This document shows, in pieces, positions 25,625 through 38,741 of a stretch of DNA of 64,000 nt. Under the pieces are notes generated by a model that ran no database searches, was not told the DNA's origin, and saw only the letters and a list, made by a program, of their open reading frames with translations. Numbering within the stretch: the stretch's first letter is position 1; each line of letters starts with the position of its first letter. The DNA is from Eledone cirrhosa (Eukaryota): NCBI GenBank assembly GCA_964016885.1, contig OZ024755.1, positions 27,156,001-27,220,000 on the forward strand. Reading direction: 5' to 3'. The position numbers and the translations under genes are program-made.

Positions 25625-25973
25625 GTAAGTAAAACCTCTTTACTGCACTATTTATTTAGTTATTTATCTTTTCAATTTAAACGTCCGTATAGAGCTAGTA
25701 AGCCATGATAGACTTGGGGAAGTATTGAGTACTCCTTACAGTTGGTAATCAAAAAAAGCTAGTGAAACAAGTAAGAAAAAAAAAGAAAAGAAAAGGAAAA
25801 GAAGAAAAAAAACTACTAAAAACTATATATGTATCTATCAGGCTTTATTTTAAGGACATTTTAGAACTGCACAAATCTTTGAAGCAGATACCATAACCCA
25901 GTGTTTGATATTCTCTGAGTCTGAGAAGCATTTGTAATGTAATGGCTGCTATTTTTAACATTTTATGAGTGTT

Positions 25974-26182
25974 TTAACCCTTTAGGATTTACATTACTCT
26001 ATATATACTATTGTATTTTCATGGTAAACACTTTACCTCACATAATATCGAACTACAAGATTTTGATGTTATTTATGTTGAAAACAATACCTTAACATGA
26101 GTGGCCAGTTACGGCCAGTTTGAACAGAAAAAAGTGAGAGAATTTTGGCTGGATATGGCCAGTTTAAATGCTAAAGGGTTAA
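25974..26182 (+). mobile_element. piggyBac-type MITE
   Basis: Both TIRs and TTAA present; further copies at ~1886-2100, 2250-2445, 22702-22915, 26870-27034, 30060-30264, 54506-54732 and 54900-55300. Confidence 0.75.
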
Positions 26183-27080
26183 GTCTTTTAACTATTATTT
26201 ATCATGTAGATGCAGTATTTGACACAAAATGTAAACTTGAAGCACTGAAATCTATTTTGAACTATACAAGCAGTTCTGTATGAGCAAGACTTGGTCACCT
26301 GACCTGGCATTGCTCACAACAGGATAACTCGTCTAACCCATGCTAGTGTGGAAAAAATGGACGTTAATAATAATAATATAATAATGAAAATTGTGTACAG
26401 TGCTCAGGTGCACTACAACTCATCAAAGGTGCATATATAGTACATAGAATAATGTACAAATGTCAAGAAAGTGAACAGTGTATAAGTCATGATATACATG
26501 TGTGCGGGTGTATGGAGGGGAAATATCAGGTGTAGCGTTGGTGAATTTCAGGAGGCATGGAGCTTCAGGATGCAGTGTCTCAGCAGCTAACAACTGATGC
26601 AGGTAATTTGTTCCATGCTTCAGCAAATCTGAACGTGAAAAAATGTTCAGAAAGTCATGGGAGCTGTGCTGTTTTCTGACTTTGTAGGCATGCTCACAGG
26701 TGTTAGACACATGGAATTCATATCGGTGATGATTATGAGGGGTCAAATGCTTGTTAAAATAATCATTGATAGTTATGTGTATGTGCCTGTGGTTGCACGT
26801 ATGTTAATAATTGTATGTGTTCGTATATGCCTATGTGTGCTTCTGAGTTGTTGTATGTTTTTGTGGTTAGAGGTTTCTCTCACCTCGTTCTGTTCAAATT
26901 GGTCTAACTTGCTACTGATACTGATGTTATGGTATTGTTCTCAAAATCTCATAGATTCGATATTATGTGAGATAATGCCTTTACTATGAAAATACAATAG
27001 TATATATAGAGTAATGTAAATGCTAAAGGGTTAAAACTTTGAAGCTTCTATTATTCCATTTTTTCTTTTTCTTTTATAAG

Positions 27081-27271
27081 GTGTACGGACATTTTGTCCA
27101 AGGCCAGTTGCCAAGATGCTGGAAAATGTTGGAGGTACTGGGGCTTTACTCGGTCTTATCGCAATGGCCACCGATGTGGAGGGTCTGTATGCAGCCGTAA
27201 AAGCATTAGTCTGCGTTGTACGCAGTAACAAATCATCCATGTGGGACATGGACAGAATACGCGGTTATCAG
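27081..27271 (+). CDS. WDFY3: WDFY3 coding exon (VRTFCPRPVA...DVEGLYAAVKALVCVV...RGYQ)
   Basis: tataag acceptor after a pyrimidine tract, CAG|gtataa donor. Confidence 0.94.
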
Positions 27272-28859
27272 GTATAATAAGATTTTTTCATTTTCTTCTA
27301 TTTTATCATCTACTTACCTTCTGTCAGGTCATTCTTGAGTGCTACTGGTAGCATGTATCCCAGTATAACCTGTCACATGGTCAGGTTGTCAGCGACTAAA
27401 CCAGCAACCCCACCAAGTTTACTTGGTGAGAAGGGTGATTTTGGACAACCTGCAGGACAAAAAACAAAACCTATCAAAGGGTGGAAGAAGTTATAAGAGT
27501 CAACAGCCATCCAAAATTGTGATAATATGTATATACAGTATGGGTGTGGGGGTGTGTAGGATTGATTCACATTTGTCTGTGTATATATGTGTATATATTT
27601 GATAAACAAATTAAAAAATCCTGCTAAATCAATGGGTGGCAGTAGTTCCAGCTGCACACATTGAAAGACCGATGTAGTGGTTCTGAGAACAATGCGGCTT
27701 TGCAGATGATTAATGCAAATTGACAATGGAAAGGCACTCCCACTCGAGTTAGAAGAGAACCATTGACCTTCAGGAGAAGCAGCAACCCCTGATTGTATTC
27801 AGCAACTGAAAAAAATATAATAAATTACCTTCTTCTGAACCACTCTTTGCTCCTATATTTCTCTTCATCCTTTTCCTTTCTTCTCACATATATTTCCTTT
27901 CAGTGACCATAGGGTTGTGAGTTCAATTCCTACTGGTGTATTCTGTTCTTGAGAAAGACACATTATTTCAATCTGTTCTAGCCAACTCACCTGGCGGAAA
28001 GAGAGTTTTACCTGTTATTCAAAGGTCCAGCTTTCTCACACAATGTATCATTCTGAATCTCCCTGAGAATTATGTTAAGTGTACATGTATCTGTTGTGAA
28101 GGTGCATGGCTTAGTGGTTAGAGCATCAGGCTTGCAATCATGAGGTTGTGAGTTCAATTCCTGGACTGGGTGATGTGTTGCGTCCTTGTGCAAGATACGT
28201 TATTTCATGTTGCTCCAGTTTAAAGTAATATTGATGAAATTAATGGCAATAGCTGAAAATAAACAATAATTGTTTCTACTTTTGGCACAAGGCCAGCAGT
28301 TACCCCAGTGTATTACTGGTACTTTATTTTATCGACCCCGTAAGGATGAAAGGCAAAGTCAACCTTGGTGGGATTTTTGAACTCAGACCATAAAGGACCG
28401 TAACTCTATGCTGCAAAGCATGGTGTCCAACCCTCTACTGATACTGCTAATAATGTCTTTATAGTAATGTAATAAATACATGTTGCTTCACTATCAAATA
28501 AAAACCCACTTGTGAACCTCTGCCTTAGAGTAAAGTATGCTCTACTTATAATTCTCCTGAAACAAATAGACATTTAACTGTGCTTTGAGTAACAAAGATT
28601 TTTTTTTAGTCTTAACTCATAATGTCCTGTAATGATTTAGCAGAAAAATATCTAAAAACAGGTTTGTTAATTCAAATGTTTATAGAAACTTTATTAATGG
28701 ACACATTGTTGTGAACATTTGCTGTAAACTAAAATAAAGACCTCAATTATTAATGTTATGCAGCCATAATGTTGTACTTTTTAAGAATATCTTGCTTATG
28801 TGGTTTCATGTGGTACAGGATGTTAAGAGTTAATGTGTTTTTTCTTTCTTTTTTCTTAG

Positions 28860-29012
28860 ACTTTGGCAATGTTGTATAAAAAGAAACGTCATTTACTGAA
28901 CAGTCACATTCTACATTTGACCTTCTCATTGGTGGGTACTGTGGATAGTGGGCGAGAAAGTTCTGTGATTCCCAACAGATCAGCATTTGAAGACCTTCTC
29001 TGTGATCTCGAG
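28860..29012 (+). CDS. WDFY3: WDFY3 coding exon (TLAMLYKKKRHLLNSHILHLTFSLVGTVDSG...DLLCDLE)
   Basis: cttag acceptor, GAG|gtaaat donor. Confidence 0.94.
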
Positions 29013-29671
29013 GTAAATATTGTTAATTCAGAATGAAGTTGCTTCCCTTGACTATTTTTAAAAATAATTTTGAAACATCTAACCACTATAGTGGATGTTT
29101 ACAGATTTGTTAATGGTTGAAGATTAGTGATGGCAAACAGTACATACAACTGATAAAGGAGAAATGTGCCATTGTCAACAAAGACTATGAAGCAAATAGC
29201 TCCTTGAACATTCAGCTAATACCATGTATTAAAAAATATATATGTGTTACGTATGTGTGTGTTTCTGGTTTGGAATGTGCTATAAGAAGTGATTAAGAGG
29301 GTTGGGTCCAGGAAGAGCATCTGGCTGTAAAAACATTACTTCAAAATAGACACCACGTCATGGGGTATGCAAGTGTGGGCTGGATGCTTTTTGTTGTGTT
29401 GCCTACATGACCTTTTTACAGTGTGGACTGGGTGTCTTTTGTCGTAACACTTACATGAACACTTTATAGTGTGGACTGGGTGTCATTTGTCGTGTCACTT
29501 ACATGGCCACTATACAGTGTAGGCTGGGTGCTTTTTACTATGTGTGTGTATGTGTATATGTCTGATCATTATTGAAGATCATCAGAGTTTATGAGTCAAG
29601 AAACTGCAGTGATTTTAAGGGCACCACCTGTATTGTTGATATTTTAATTATTTATTTATTTCTATCTAAAG

Positions 29672-29745
29672 GTTTGGCATGAAGCTCCTGGAGATTTACA
29701 GAAATCTTTGTATGAACATTTCTTTGAATTACTTACTGAATCAAG
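29672..29745 (+). CDS. WDFY3: WDFY3 coding exon (VWHEAPGDLQKSLYEHFFELLTES)
   Basis: aag acceptor, AG|gtatgt donor. Confidence 0.9.
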
Positions 29746-29821
29746 GTATGTGACTTTGTTCAAACATTTTCCAGAAGTTTTCTTCTCTTTGTTCAGTAAA
29801 TATTTCGAGAAATATCAAGAA

Positions 29822-30003
29822 TTTTAGAATTATGACATATCTTTAGAATCATGATATATCTTTAGAATTATGACATATCTTTAGAATTATGACATATCTT
29901 TAGAATCATGACATATCTTTAGAATCATGACATATCTTTAGAATTATGATATATCATTAGAATTATGACATATCTTTAGAATTATGACATATCTTTAGAA
30001 TTA
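29822..30003. repeat. Minisatellite, 19-bp unit, about 9 copies
   Basis: ttagaattatgacatatct. Confidence 0.9.
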
Positions 30004-30821
30004 TACCTGTTGCTTCTCTATTGCCCGACTTCAAATGTCAGTGGTCTTCCTTGAGTCACTTAAGCCTGTAGCATTTAAACTGGTTGTATCCAGCCAGAAT
30101 TCTCTCACCTCTTTCTGTTCAAACCGACTGCTCATACTGATGTTAAGGCATTGTTCTCAAAATATGTAATATCAAAATCTCGTAGATTCGATATTATGTG
30201 AAATAAAGCCTTTACTGTAAAAATACAATAGTAAATATGGAGTAATGTAAATGCTAAGGGTTAATTTATCTTACTATCCTAATCTGGTTTAAACAGAGAA
30301 AGGTGAGAAAATTCTGGCCAGATACGGTCGGTTTAAATGCTAAAGGGTTAAAGATCCGGTATAGTATCAATTGTAATATTTTATTTGGTGTTCCAGCTAT
30401 TAGATGACAGACAAAATAATGTTTTCTAAAAGAATAAAGAATAATGTGATTCCACATTGATCCTATGTCTACATTTTGTGTATTCAATAATGGAGGCAAA
30501 GTTGTTTGAAGGTTTTCAGTTTAGTCAGTAGCATCAAGATATCTTTTGATCTCACAAACCGCACAGAAATACTACATAAACCATACATTTAATGAAACCA
30601 ATGATGAAACTCGATCTGTTAGAAATAGCAAATGTAAACTTCACCATACTGTTTTAAAAATGGATGAATATGGTGGATAAAGTAGTAAAAGATAAAAGAT
30701 ACAATATGCTAGAGATATAGATGGGATGATCATGACTAAAGTATCAGTTGAATGATGGAATTCAATGGACATTTTATCATCAATATTTCTAATGTGATTT
30801 CACTATTATCTCTCTCCTTAG

Positions 30822-30983
30822 TGACCATAAAAGTAACTTACATTTGATGAGGGAAGTGGGGTTAGTATCCCGCCTTCTCCATATTCTCAAGGACCATAAG
30901 TTGTCACAGCAAGCCACCCAAACAATTGCAAGTGTTATTTCTGTGTTACTACAAGGAGCATCAGATTCAAATTCCCTTCTCAG
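30822..30983 (+). CDS. WDFY3: WDFY3 coding exon (DHKSNLHLMREVGLVSRLLHILKD...SLLR)
   Basis: cttag acceptor, AG|gtcagt donor. Confidence 0.9.
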
Positions 30984-31211
30984 GTCAGTATTATTATACT
31001 TTCTTCAGATAGTAAAACATTGATTTTAATATATTTAGCAAGATTGTTATTTACTGAATTCGTCTTAAATGCATATTTACACAATTGTCATGTACTGGGA
31101 GCATTTTATCATCACTCCTGCAGAGTGGACTGGGTGCTATTTTGTCATGACACTAATAATACCACCTTACACACTCTGTTCACATGATGATAATGATGGT
31201 ATAGTATATAT

Positions 31212-31656
31212 CATCATCACCGTTTTACGTCCGTTCTTCCACGCTAGCATGGGTTAGACGGGTTGTCCTGTTGTGGGCAGTGTCCGGTCAGCTGACCTTG
31301 TCTTGCCCATACAGGAACTGATTCTGGCTTGATTTCGACAGCTGGATGCCTTTCTAACACCAAGCTCATTTACAGTGAGTACTGGGTGCTTTTTTTCCGT
31401 GGCACCTACACAACCACTTTACAGTGTGGGCTGGGTGCTTTTTTTTGTCGTGGCATCTCCACGACCACTTTGAAGTGGAATGATAGGGACCCCATTCCTA
31501 TCATCTCATTTCTACAGCTGAGTAAACTGGAGCAATGTGAAATAAAGTGTCTTGCTCAAGGAAACAACACATCACCCAGTCCAAGACCGAGAATTAAACT
31601 CACAACCTTTCGATTGCAAGTCCAATGCTTTAACCACTAAGCCATGCGCCTTCATG
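31212..31656 (-). mobile_element. SINE family A, full-length copy
   Basis: Reverse complement of the 20859 element with a (TGA)n tail. Confidence 0.75.
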
Positions 31657-32148
31657 GTTTATATATATATATAATCATCATCATCGTTTAACGTCCATCT
31701 TCCATGCTAGCATGGGTTGGACGGTTTTGTTCCACTCGAGGCGAGATTGGTCGGGAGACCATGTCTCGCTCATACAGAACTGTCCCTGGCAGGTTATCTA
31801 TGCCTGGATACCCTTCCTAACACCAACCACATTTACAGTGTGGACTGGGAGGTTTTTACCGTGTTACCTACACGGCCACATTACAGCGTGGACCGTGTGT
31901 TTTTTTTGTCGTGACACCTACACGACCTCATTTGTTTCGGACTGGGTGTTTTGGTACCAACATAACTTTACATTGAAAAGGGTGGTGTGGGTGGGGTGGG
32001 GGTAGTGGGACGGGGGTGTATTTTTGTTAGAGGTGCCTAAATTGCTTTTATCTCCATTGCATCATGTCTGAATGGTGTATAAATAAATTATTGTCTTAAA
32101 TGAATTAAGAATTATTAATAATTGTCTATTTTTTTTTTCATTTTGAAG

Positions 32149-32264
32149 GCTTGGACAATTTCTTGTTTCGACCATTCCACACTTTTCTGCAAGTGAAAAG
32201 GGGATCAAAGTAAATGGTGTCAGTTCTTCCCCAAGTGTCGTGGAAAGTCCTGAAGAACAGCCAT
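32149..32264 (+). CDS. WDFY3: WDFY3 coding exon (LGQFLVSTIPHFSASEK...EEQP)
   Basis: gaag acceptor; donor T|gtaggt chosen because it matches the phase of the next exon. Confidence 0.82.
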
Positions 32265-32339
32265 GTAGGTCATATTTCTATTACTTTACAGCACTTTTCT
32301 CCTGCAACATTTCATATTTAGACAGGTAGATTGTATGAA

Positions 32340-32740
32340 GCCTGCATGAGAAGTGTGATGTTGCAAGTGAGGCAAATGCAGTGAATACAGAAGATATGCA
32401 AAGGCTGAAAAGAAATGAAGCAAGTATGCTACATTGAATGTGTAATGGTAGTATGCATGAAAAATGGGGTGTAGATGAACTGAGAGAAAGCTCGTGTGTA
32501 GTGTGACAGAGGGAAGATTGTGCTGGTATGGACATGTGGTGCATTTGGATAATGATGCCTGGGTGAAGAAGGACCAGACGTCAGTTGGAGAAGCTGCAGT
32601 AGAGGAAGTCTGAGGAAAACCTGGGCAAAAGTGATTAGAGCTGACCTCCAAATTCTGAACCTCAAAAGAACACTAGAAGTGGAGAGAAGCTGTGCTGGAG
32701 AGGACCTGACCAATCCATATAAGCAAGGGAATATGAAATG
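32340..32740 (+). mobile_element. Degenerate RTE-like LINE 3' fragment
   Basis: Frameshifted RLCWYGHVV...GSLRKTW-like peptide. Confidence 0.5.
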
Positions 32741-33623
32741 CTTTGTATTTATTCTGGCTTTCTGCACTCATGTTCAAATCTCATCAAAGGCAGCTTTACC
32801 TTCCATCCTTTTGAGGTTGATAAATGAAGTTCCAGTCTAGTATTGGGGTCAATTCTTACTCTATATCTCAAACTTCCACTCTCTGATTCTCTGTTCTCCT
32901 TTAGAATAAATTGGTTGCATTCAGATCTGGAGAAGAGTGGTTCAATTTGAGAAAGACATGCCATATGTCATGCTGGCACCCTTATGACACCATTAACAGT
33001 CACAGGTCCATACATACTGTTGATATATGAGCAGTTTCATATGCAGCAATCTGTCCTATTTCATATACACATGTATGGAGTGTATATTTTGTGTTTCATC
33101 CCCAGACAGAGGTTTCTTCTCTGTTTCATATATAATAGATACACAATCTTGTATTTTATATGTAACTAGGATTTTTTAAACAAGCTAACGTGTATGTGTA
33201 TATATATATGTCTGTGTGTGTGTATGTGCATCTGCATACATTTATATGTATGAGTATATAAATATAAACATGCAAACACAGACACACTTACGAAAATGCA
33301 CACTCAAAGACATACATTCACACATACACACTCATACATTTAATTACGCAAAAACACTCATTTACACATACACTTCGACACGGTGTAGCAAGTGGAACGC
33401 CAGCTGCTGTTTTGCTGTAGTTTTTCCACTATCCCCTTCCTTCCTTTTTACACACACATACATTCAACCAAACGCACACACACATTGTGACAGACGGACA
33501 GAAGTGTCTCAAATTTATATAAAGATTGATGTCATATTTTATATGTAATCAGTGTCTTGTCTGACAATGCTTGTATTATAATTTAAGTAATTATTTAGTT
33601 AAAAACTTCTGCTTTGCTTCTAG

Positions 33624-33735
33624 ATGGCATTGAATTCTGTGATAGTCCTTCCTATCACAATATCCGACTACGAAACAATTGCCTCAAACTCCTGCTCAAG
33701 TTACTCAGCCAAGGAAGTCAAGGGTATAACTATGT
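33624..33735 (+). CDS. WDFY3: WDFY3 coding exon (GIEFCDSPSYHNIRLRNNCLKLLLKLL...)
   Basis: ttctag acceptor, GT|gtaagt donor. Confidence 0.87.
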
Positions 33736-33819
33736 GTAAGTAAATCATTTATATAGTATAGAATTTATATGAATATATAAACATATATATGTATATATAT
33801 GTATAAACATATATATATA

Positions 33820-34141
33820 TCATCATCACCATCATCATCACTTTACGTCCGCTTTTCCCTGCTTGCAAGGGTGGGACGGGAACTGATACTGGCTTGATTT
33901 CTACAGCTGAATGCCCTTCCTAACACCAACCTCATTTACAGTGAGTGCTGGGTGCTTTTTTGCCGTGGCACCTCCACGACCACTTTACAGTGGAATGATA
34001 GGGACCCCAGCTGAGTAAACTGGAGCAATATGAAATAAAGTGTCTTGCTCAAGGAAACAACACATCACCCGGTCTGAAAATTGAACTCACAACCTTTCGA
34101 TTGCAAGGCCAATGCTCTAACCACTAAGCCATGTGCCTCCA
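33820..34141 (-). mobile_element. SINE family A, full-length copy
   Basis: Homologous to 20859-21180, flanked by (TA)n. Confidence 0.72.
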
Positions 34142-34501
34142 TTATATATATATATATATATATTTATTTATATATATATATACATATATATATGCATATA
34201 TATATACATATATAAACATATATAAACATATATATATATATATAGAAGTAGTAACACAACAGTTAGTTCACTATACCGAGAACAAATGTTTCACCTTATG
34301 CGGATCTTCAGACTGATATATATATATATATTTGTTCTCCTTCCCCCTTTTTTCTAAATGTATTTCCACACACCCTCAGAACTCTCTTCCTAACCTATTT
34401 ATCCTGAAGAAGGGCTTATGCCCGAAACGCCCCCTCTCAAGAACGTGAACCTAATAAACCTTTATTTGTCTGCCTCTCTGTTTTGTTCCTGTCTAAATTT
34501 G

Positions 34502-34506
<5 letters not shown>

Positions 34507-34546
<40 letters not shown>

Positions 34547-34632
34547 ATATAGAAATGGCTTCTACAGGACTATGTATTGAGTACCTTACTTACTGTGGTT
34601 ACCCCTGATTGAACTGGGGATACACACACATG

Positions 34633-34674
<42 letters not shown>

Positions 34675-34747
34675 ATATAGAAATGGCTTCTACAGGACTA
34701 TGTATTGAGTACCTTACGTACTGTGGTTACCCCTGATTGAACTGGGG

Positions 34748-34812
<65 letters not shown>

Positions 34813-34887
34813 ATATAGAAATGACTTCTACAGGACTATGTATTGAGTACCTTACTTACTGTGGTTACCCCTGATTGAACCGGCAAT

Positions 34888-34915
<28 letters not shown>
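34507..34915. repeat. Three tandem copies of a ~125-135-bp unit containing (TA)n and (CA)n
   Basis: tttaatatagaaatggcttctacaggac...gattgaactgggga repeated three times. Confidence 0.88.
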
Positions 34916-34921
<6 letters not shown>

Positions 34922-35104
34922 GTGTATGTGTGTGTAAGTGTGTATTCATATGACATACAAGTCATTGTGCTTGATGCGGTATGACTTTCTTTAAAGAACT
35001 ATAATTATACCACAAAGATTTAGGCCTTTTATACTTCAGTCTAGATGTATATATAAGAAATAGTTAATTGTTGCAGTAACTTTTATCTTGGTTGTATTTG
35101 ACAG

Positions 35105-35322
35105 TATGGCAGAGGAAATTGACAGGGTTCTCGGCTTTGATTGGATACTCTTGTTTATGCAAAGCCATCTACACTCCAGTACTGTGATACTAGCACTTCG
35201 TATACTCATTCTGATGCTGCGAAATGGTGTTCTGATGCAGAGATTTCGTGAGGGAGGTCACGGTGGAGGCTGGCTTGATGAAACAGAAACTGTATTGAAA
35301 AGTCAGATGAGCATTATGCTGG
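35105..35322 (+). CDS. WDFY3: WDFY3 coding exon (MAEEIDRVLGFDWILLFMQSHLHSSTV...RFREGGHGGGWL)
   Basis: gacag acceptor, G|gtaagt donor. Confidence 0.93.
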
Positions 35323-36776
35323 GTAAGTGTTCTAACTGATGCTTTTTCTGTTACTGTTTATATATATATACATCATCATCATCATCATCATCGTTTAACG
35401 TCCATGTTCCACGCTTGCATGGGTTTGGACGGGAGTTTTCCCACTTAAGGCAAGAGTGGTTGTCTTGCTCGCATAGGACTGTCTGGCGGGTTTTCTACAG
35501 CTGGATGCCCTTCCTAACACCAACCACATTTACAGTGTGGGGCTGGGAGGTTTTTACCGTGTTGCCTACACGGCCACATTACAGCGTGGACTGTCTGGCG
35601 GGTTTTCTACAGCTGGATGCCCTTCCTAACACCAACCACATTTACAGTGTGGGGCTGGGAGGTTTTTACCGTGTTACCTACACGGCCACATTACAGCGTG
35701 GACTGTGTGTTTTTTGTCGTGACATCTACACGATCTCATTTATATATTTATATTTATGTTATATATAACCTGACAAAAGATATAACCTTATGTATGTATG
35801 TAAGTGTGTGTGTATGTGTGTATGTATGTATGTATGTATGTATATGTTAAGTATTTCTGTAGAAAAGGTAATGGAAAAAAGAGTGCTCTATGTATTGTAC
35901 AGAGCTTTTTAATTACATAATAAACAACACAATATAATTATTTCATTACCGAAGGTTTGAAAAAACTAGATGATTCTTGCAAGAAACATCCAGTTCATTC
36001 TTCAGACAAAATAATTATATATATATATATATATATATATCATCATCATCATCATCATCATCAACGTCCGTGTTCCACGCTTGCATGGGTTTAGACGGGG
36101 GTATTCCCACTTGAGGCAAGATTGGTTGTCTTGCTCAGGACTGTCTGGCAGGTTTTCTACAGTTGGATGCCCTTCCTAACACCAACCACATTTACAATGT
36201 GGGACTGGGAGGTTTTTACCGTGTTGCCTACACGGCCACATTACAGCGTGGACTGTGTGTTTTTTTGTCGTGACACCTACACGATCTCATTTGTTTCGGC
36301 CTGGATTGTGTGGCACCAACATAACTTTACATAGGAGGGGGCGGGGGTGTATTTTGTTAGAGATGCCTACTGGCTGTAGTAGGTTTTACTATGTATTTAG
36401 GTAAGGTGGGTCTTCTCTATTACTAAGTACCGCCAAAGGTCTCGGTCCAGTGACATTGTCTTGGAGAGGTGTAAGTGTGTGAGGTCGATATATATTAGAA
36501 AATGTGTGAAATCCTTGGTACAGTTAGGTATATTTGAAAAAAGAAAAAGAATGACTTCATTTGTTGTTCTAAACAATTTAATTTTATAATATTATAATAT
36601 TTTACAAGTTGGTTTTGTCTATAAAACCAAATTGTAAAATTATGATACTATAAAATTAAATTGTTTAGAACTACAAGTGAAGTCATTCTTTTCCTTTTTT
36701 TCAAATATATATATATTTATATATATAGTAATAATGATAAATGTGAAGACTAAAATCCGAAGAGGGCTCGATAAGG

Positions 36777-36814
<38 letters not shown>

Positions 36815-36852
36815 CTGTAGAGCAAATATTTATTAAAATAACAGATTCAAGT

Positions 36853-37081
36853 TTAACCCTTTAATATTCAAACCGACCATATTCGGCTAGAATTCTCTCC
36901 TCTCTTTCTGTTCAAACTGGCTGCAACTGGCCACTCATACTGATGTTAAAGTATTGTTCTCAAAATAAATATCATCAAAATCTCATAGATTCAATATTAT
37001 GTGAGATAATTATGTGAGATAAGGCCTTTACTGCGAAAATACAATAGTAAATAGAGAGTAATGTAAATGCTAAAGGGTTAA
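36853..37081 (-). mobile_element. piggyBac-type MITE, 60 bp upstream of an exon
   Basis: TTAACCCTTTAA ... TAAATGCTAAAGGGTTAA. Confidence 0.75.
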
Positions 37082-37141
37082 GCAAAGAATCTTTGCTTAA
37101 ACTTTAATCTGTAAGACAATATATGTTTTTTTTCATTTTAG

Positions 37142-37323
37142 GACTGAATGTTAGTGGAAATAAAAATCAAAAGCGAGAAATAAATACAGATGTCTGCCAT
37201 GTTCCTGGTTTCTTGGCGCTACAATGGATCCTGCCCTACCACAACAATGTGTGTGAGGTTTACTTTCTTCTGATGGCTCTATTGCTCGGCCAGCGAGTAA
37301 ATGAATTTCCCCCTGACATACAG
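37142..37323 (+). CDS. WDFY3: WDFY3 coding exon (LNVSGNK...VPGFLALQWILP...EVYFLLMALLLGQ...DIQ)
   Basis: tttag acceptor, CAG|gtgtgt donor. Confidence 0.9.
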
Positions 37324-37590
37324 GTGTGTATAATTTCAGTTCTCTGGAGTTTTTAACCCCTATTCATTCTTATTTGTTGCTCTTTTTTTCAAATACTAGG
37401 ATTTACCTATCAGTGTGTCAAGAAATGGGTATGGCTGGGGAGCACAGGAGTGGAAAGAGTACCTACTAGGGTGTGATAGTGAGGGTCTCTTCACTATTTT
37501 ATCAATATCAATATCACTGATCTTCAGTGTGATATTTTATATATTAGATACCACATTACTAATTCTTGTTTGTTTCTGGTTTTCTTTTAG

Positions 37591-37734
37591 TTAAATCTTG
37601 ATGCTGTTTGGACAGTGATCTTTGGTGTTCCTGCCAGCAAACCAGTCTCTATGGCAACCAAAGAGAGTAAGATTGAAGTATGCCTCGAAGCAGCAATGGT
37701 AATATTGTCCATGATTCGATCTATGTTAAACGAG
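37591..37734 (+). CDS. WDFY3: WDFY3 coding exon (LNLDAVWTVIFGVPAS...MIRSMLNE)
   Basis: ttttag acceptor, GAG|gtaagt donor. Confidence 0.92.
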
Positions 37735-37781
37735 GTAAGTGGCCTGTTGATTCACAGATTTATTTATTTCCTTCTAATTTT

Positions 37782-38512
37782 ACACCATATTCTTCACATA
37801 TTCTTCACACCATTTTCTTCACATCATATTCTTCACATCATATTCTTCACACCATATTCTTCACATCATATTCTTCACACCATTTTCTTCACATATTCTT
37901 CACACCATTTTCTTCACATATTCTTCACACCATATTCTTCACATCATATTCTTCACACCATTTTCTTCACATACTCTTCACACCATATTCTTCACATATT
38001 CTTCACACCATATTCTTCACATATTCTTCACACCATATTTTCACATATTCTTCACATATTCTTCACACCATATTCTTCACATATTCTTCACACCATATTC
38101 TTCACATATTCTTCACATATTCTTCACACCATATTTTCACATATTCTTCACATATTCTTCACACCATATTCTTCACATATTCTTCACACCATATTCTTCA
38201 CACCATATTCTTCACATCATATTCTTCACACCATATTCTTCACATATTCTTCACACCATTTTCTTCACATATTCTTCACACCATATTCTTCACACCATAT
38301 TCTTCACATATTCTTCACACCATATTCTTCACATATTCTTCACACCATATTCTTCACATATTCTTCACACCGTATTCTTCACACCATATTCTTCACACCA
38401 TCTTCTTCACATATTCTTCACATATTCTTCACATATTCTTCACACCATATTCTTCACACCATATTCTTCACACCATATTCTTCACACCATATTCTTCACA
38501 TCATATTCTTCA
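37782..38512. repeat. Degenerate 11/14-bp tandem repeat filling an intron
   Basis: tcttcacatat and tcttcacaccatat units. Confidence 0.92.
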
Positions 38513-38543
38513 AACCCACTAAATCTCTTTCCTGTATTTCCAG

Positions 38544-38741
38544 ATGGAGGAGACCGGCTCCTGGCTCAACGATTACCCTGTCACGCTAATGCAATTCCTG
38601 CTCTTTCTCTATCACAATCAAACTGATTTTGCCCAAATGTGCAGCTCTGCTGATTTTATTTCCGCACTTGCAGCATCACTTTTTCCCCACAAATTACCAG
38701 ACAGCGACAGTGATGTGACGACACCTGTTGATGAGTTCAAG
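38544..38741 (+). CDS. WDFY3: WDFY3 coding exon (MEETGSWLNDYPVTLMQF...TPVDEFK)
   Basis: ttccag acceptor, AAG|gtgagt donor. Confidence 0.93.

Noticed and set aside
37615-38589. ORF reading from exon 37591 through the whole intron
   Set aside because: The intron is 809 nt, not a multiple of 3, and is low-complexity repeat; retention shifts frame and stops at 38589.
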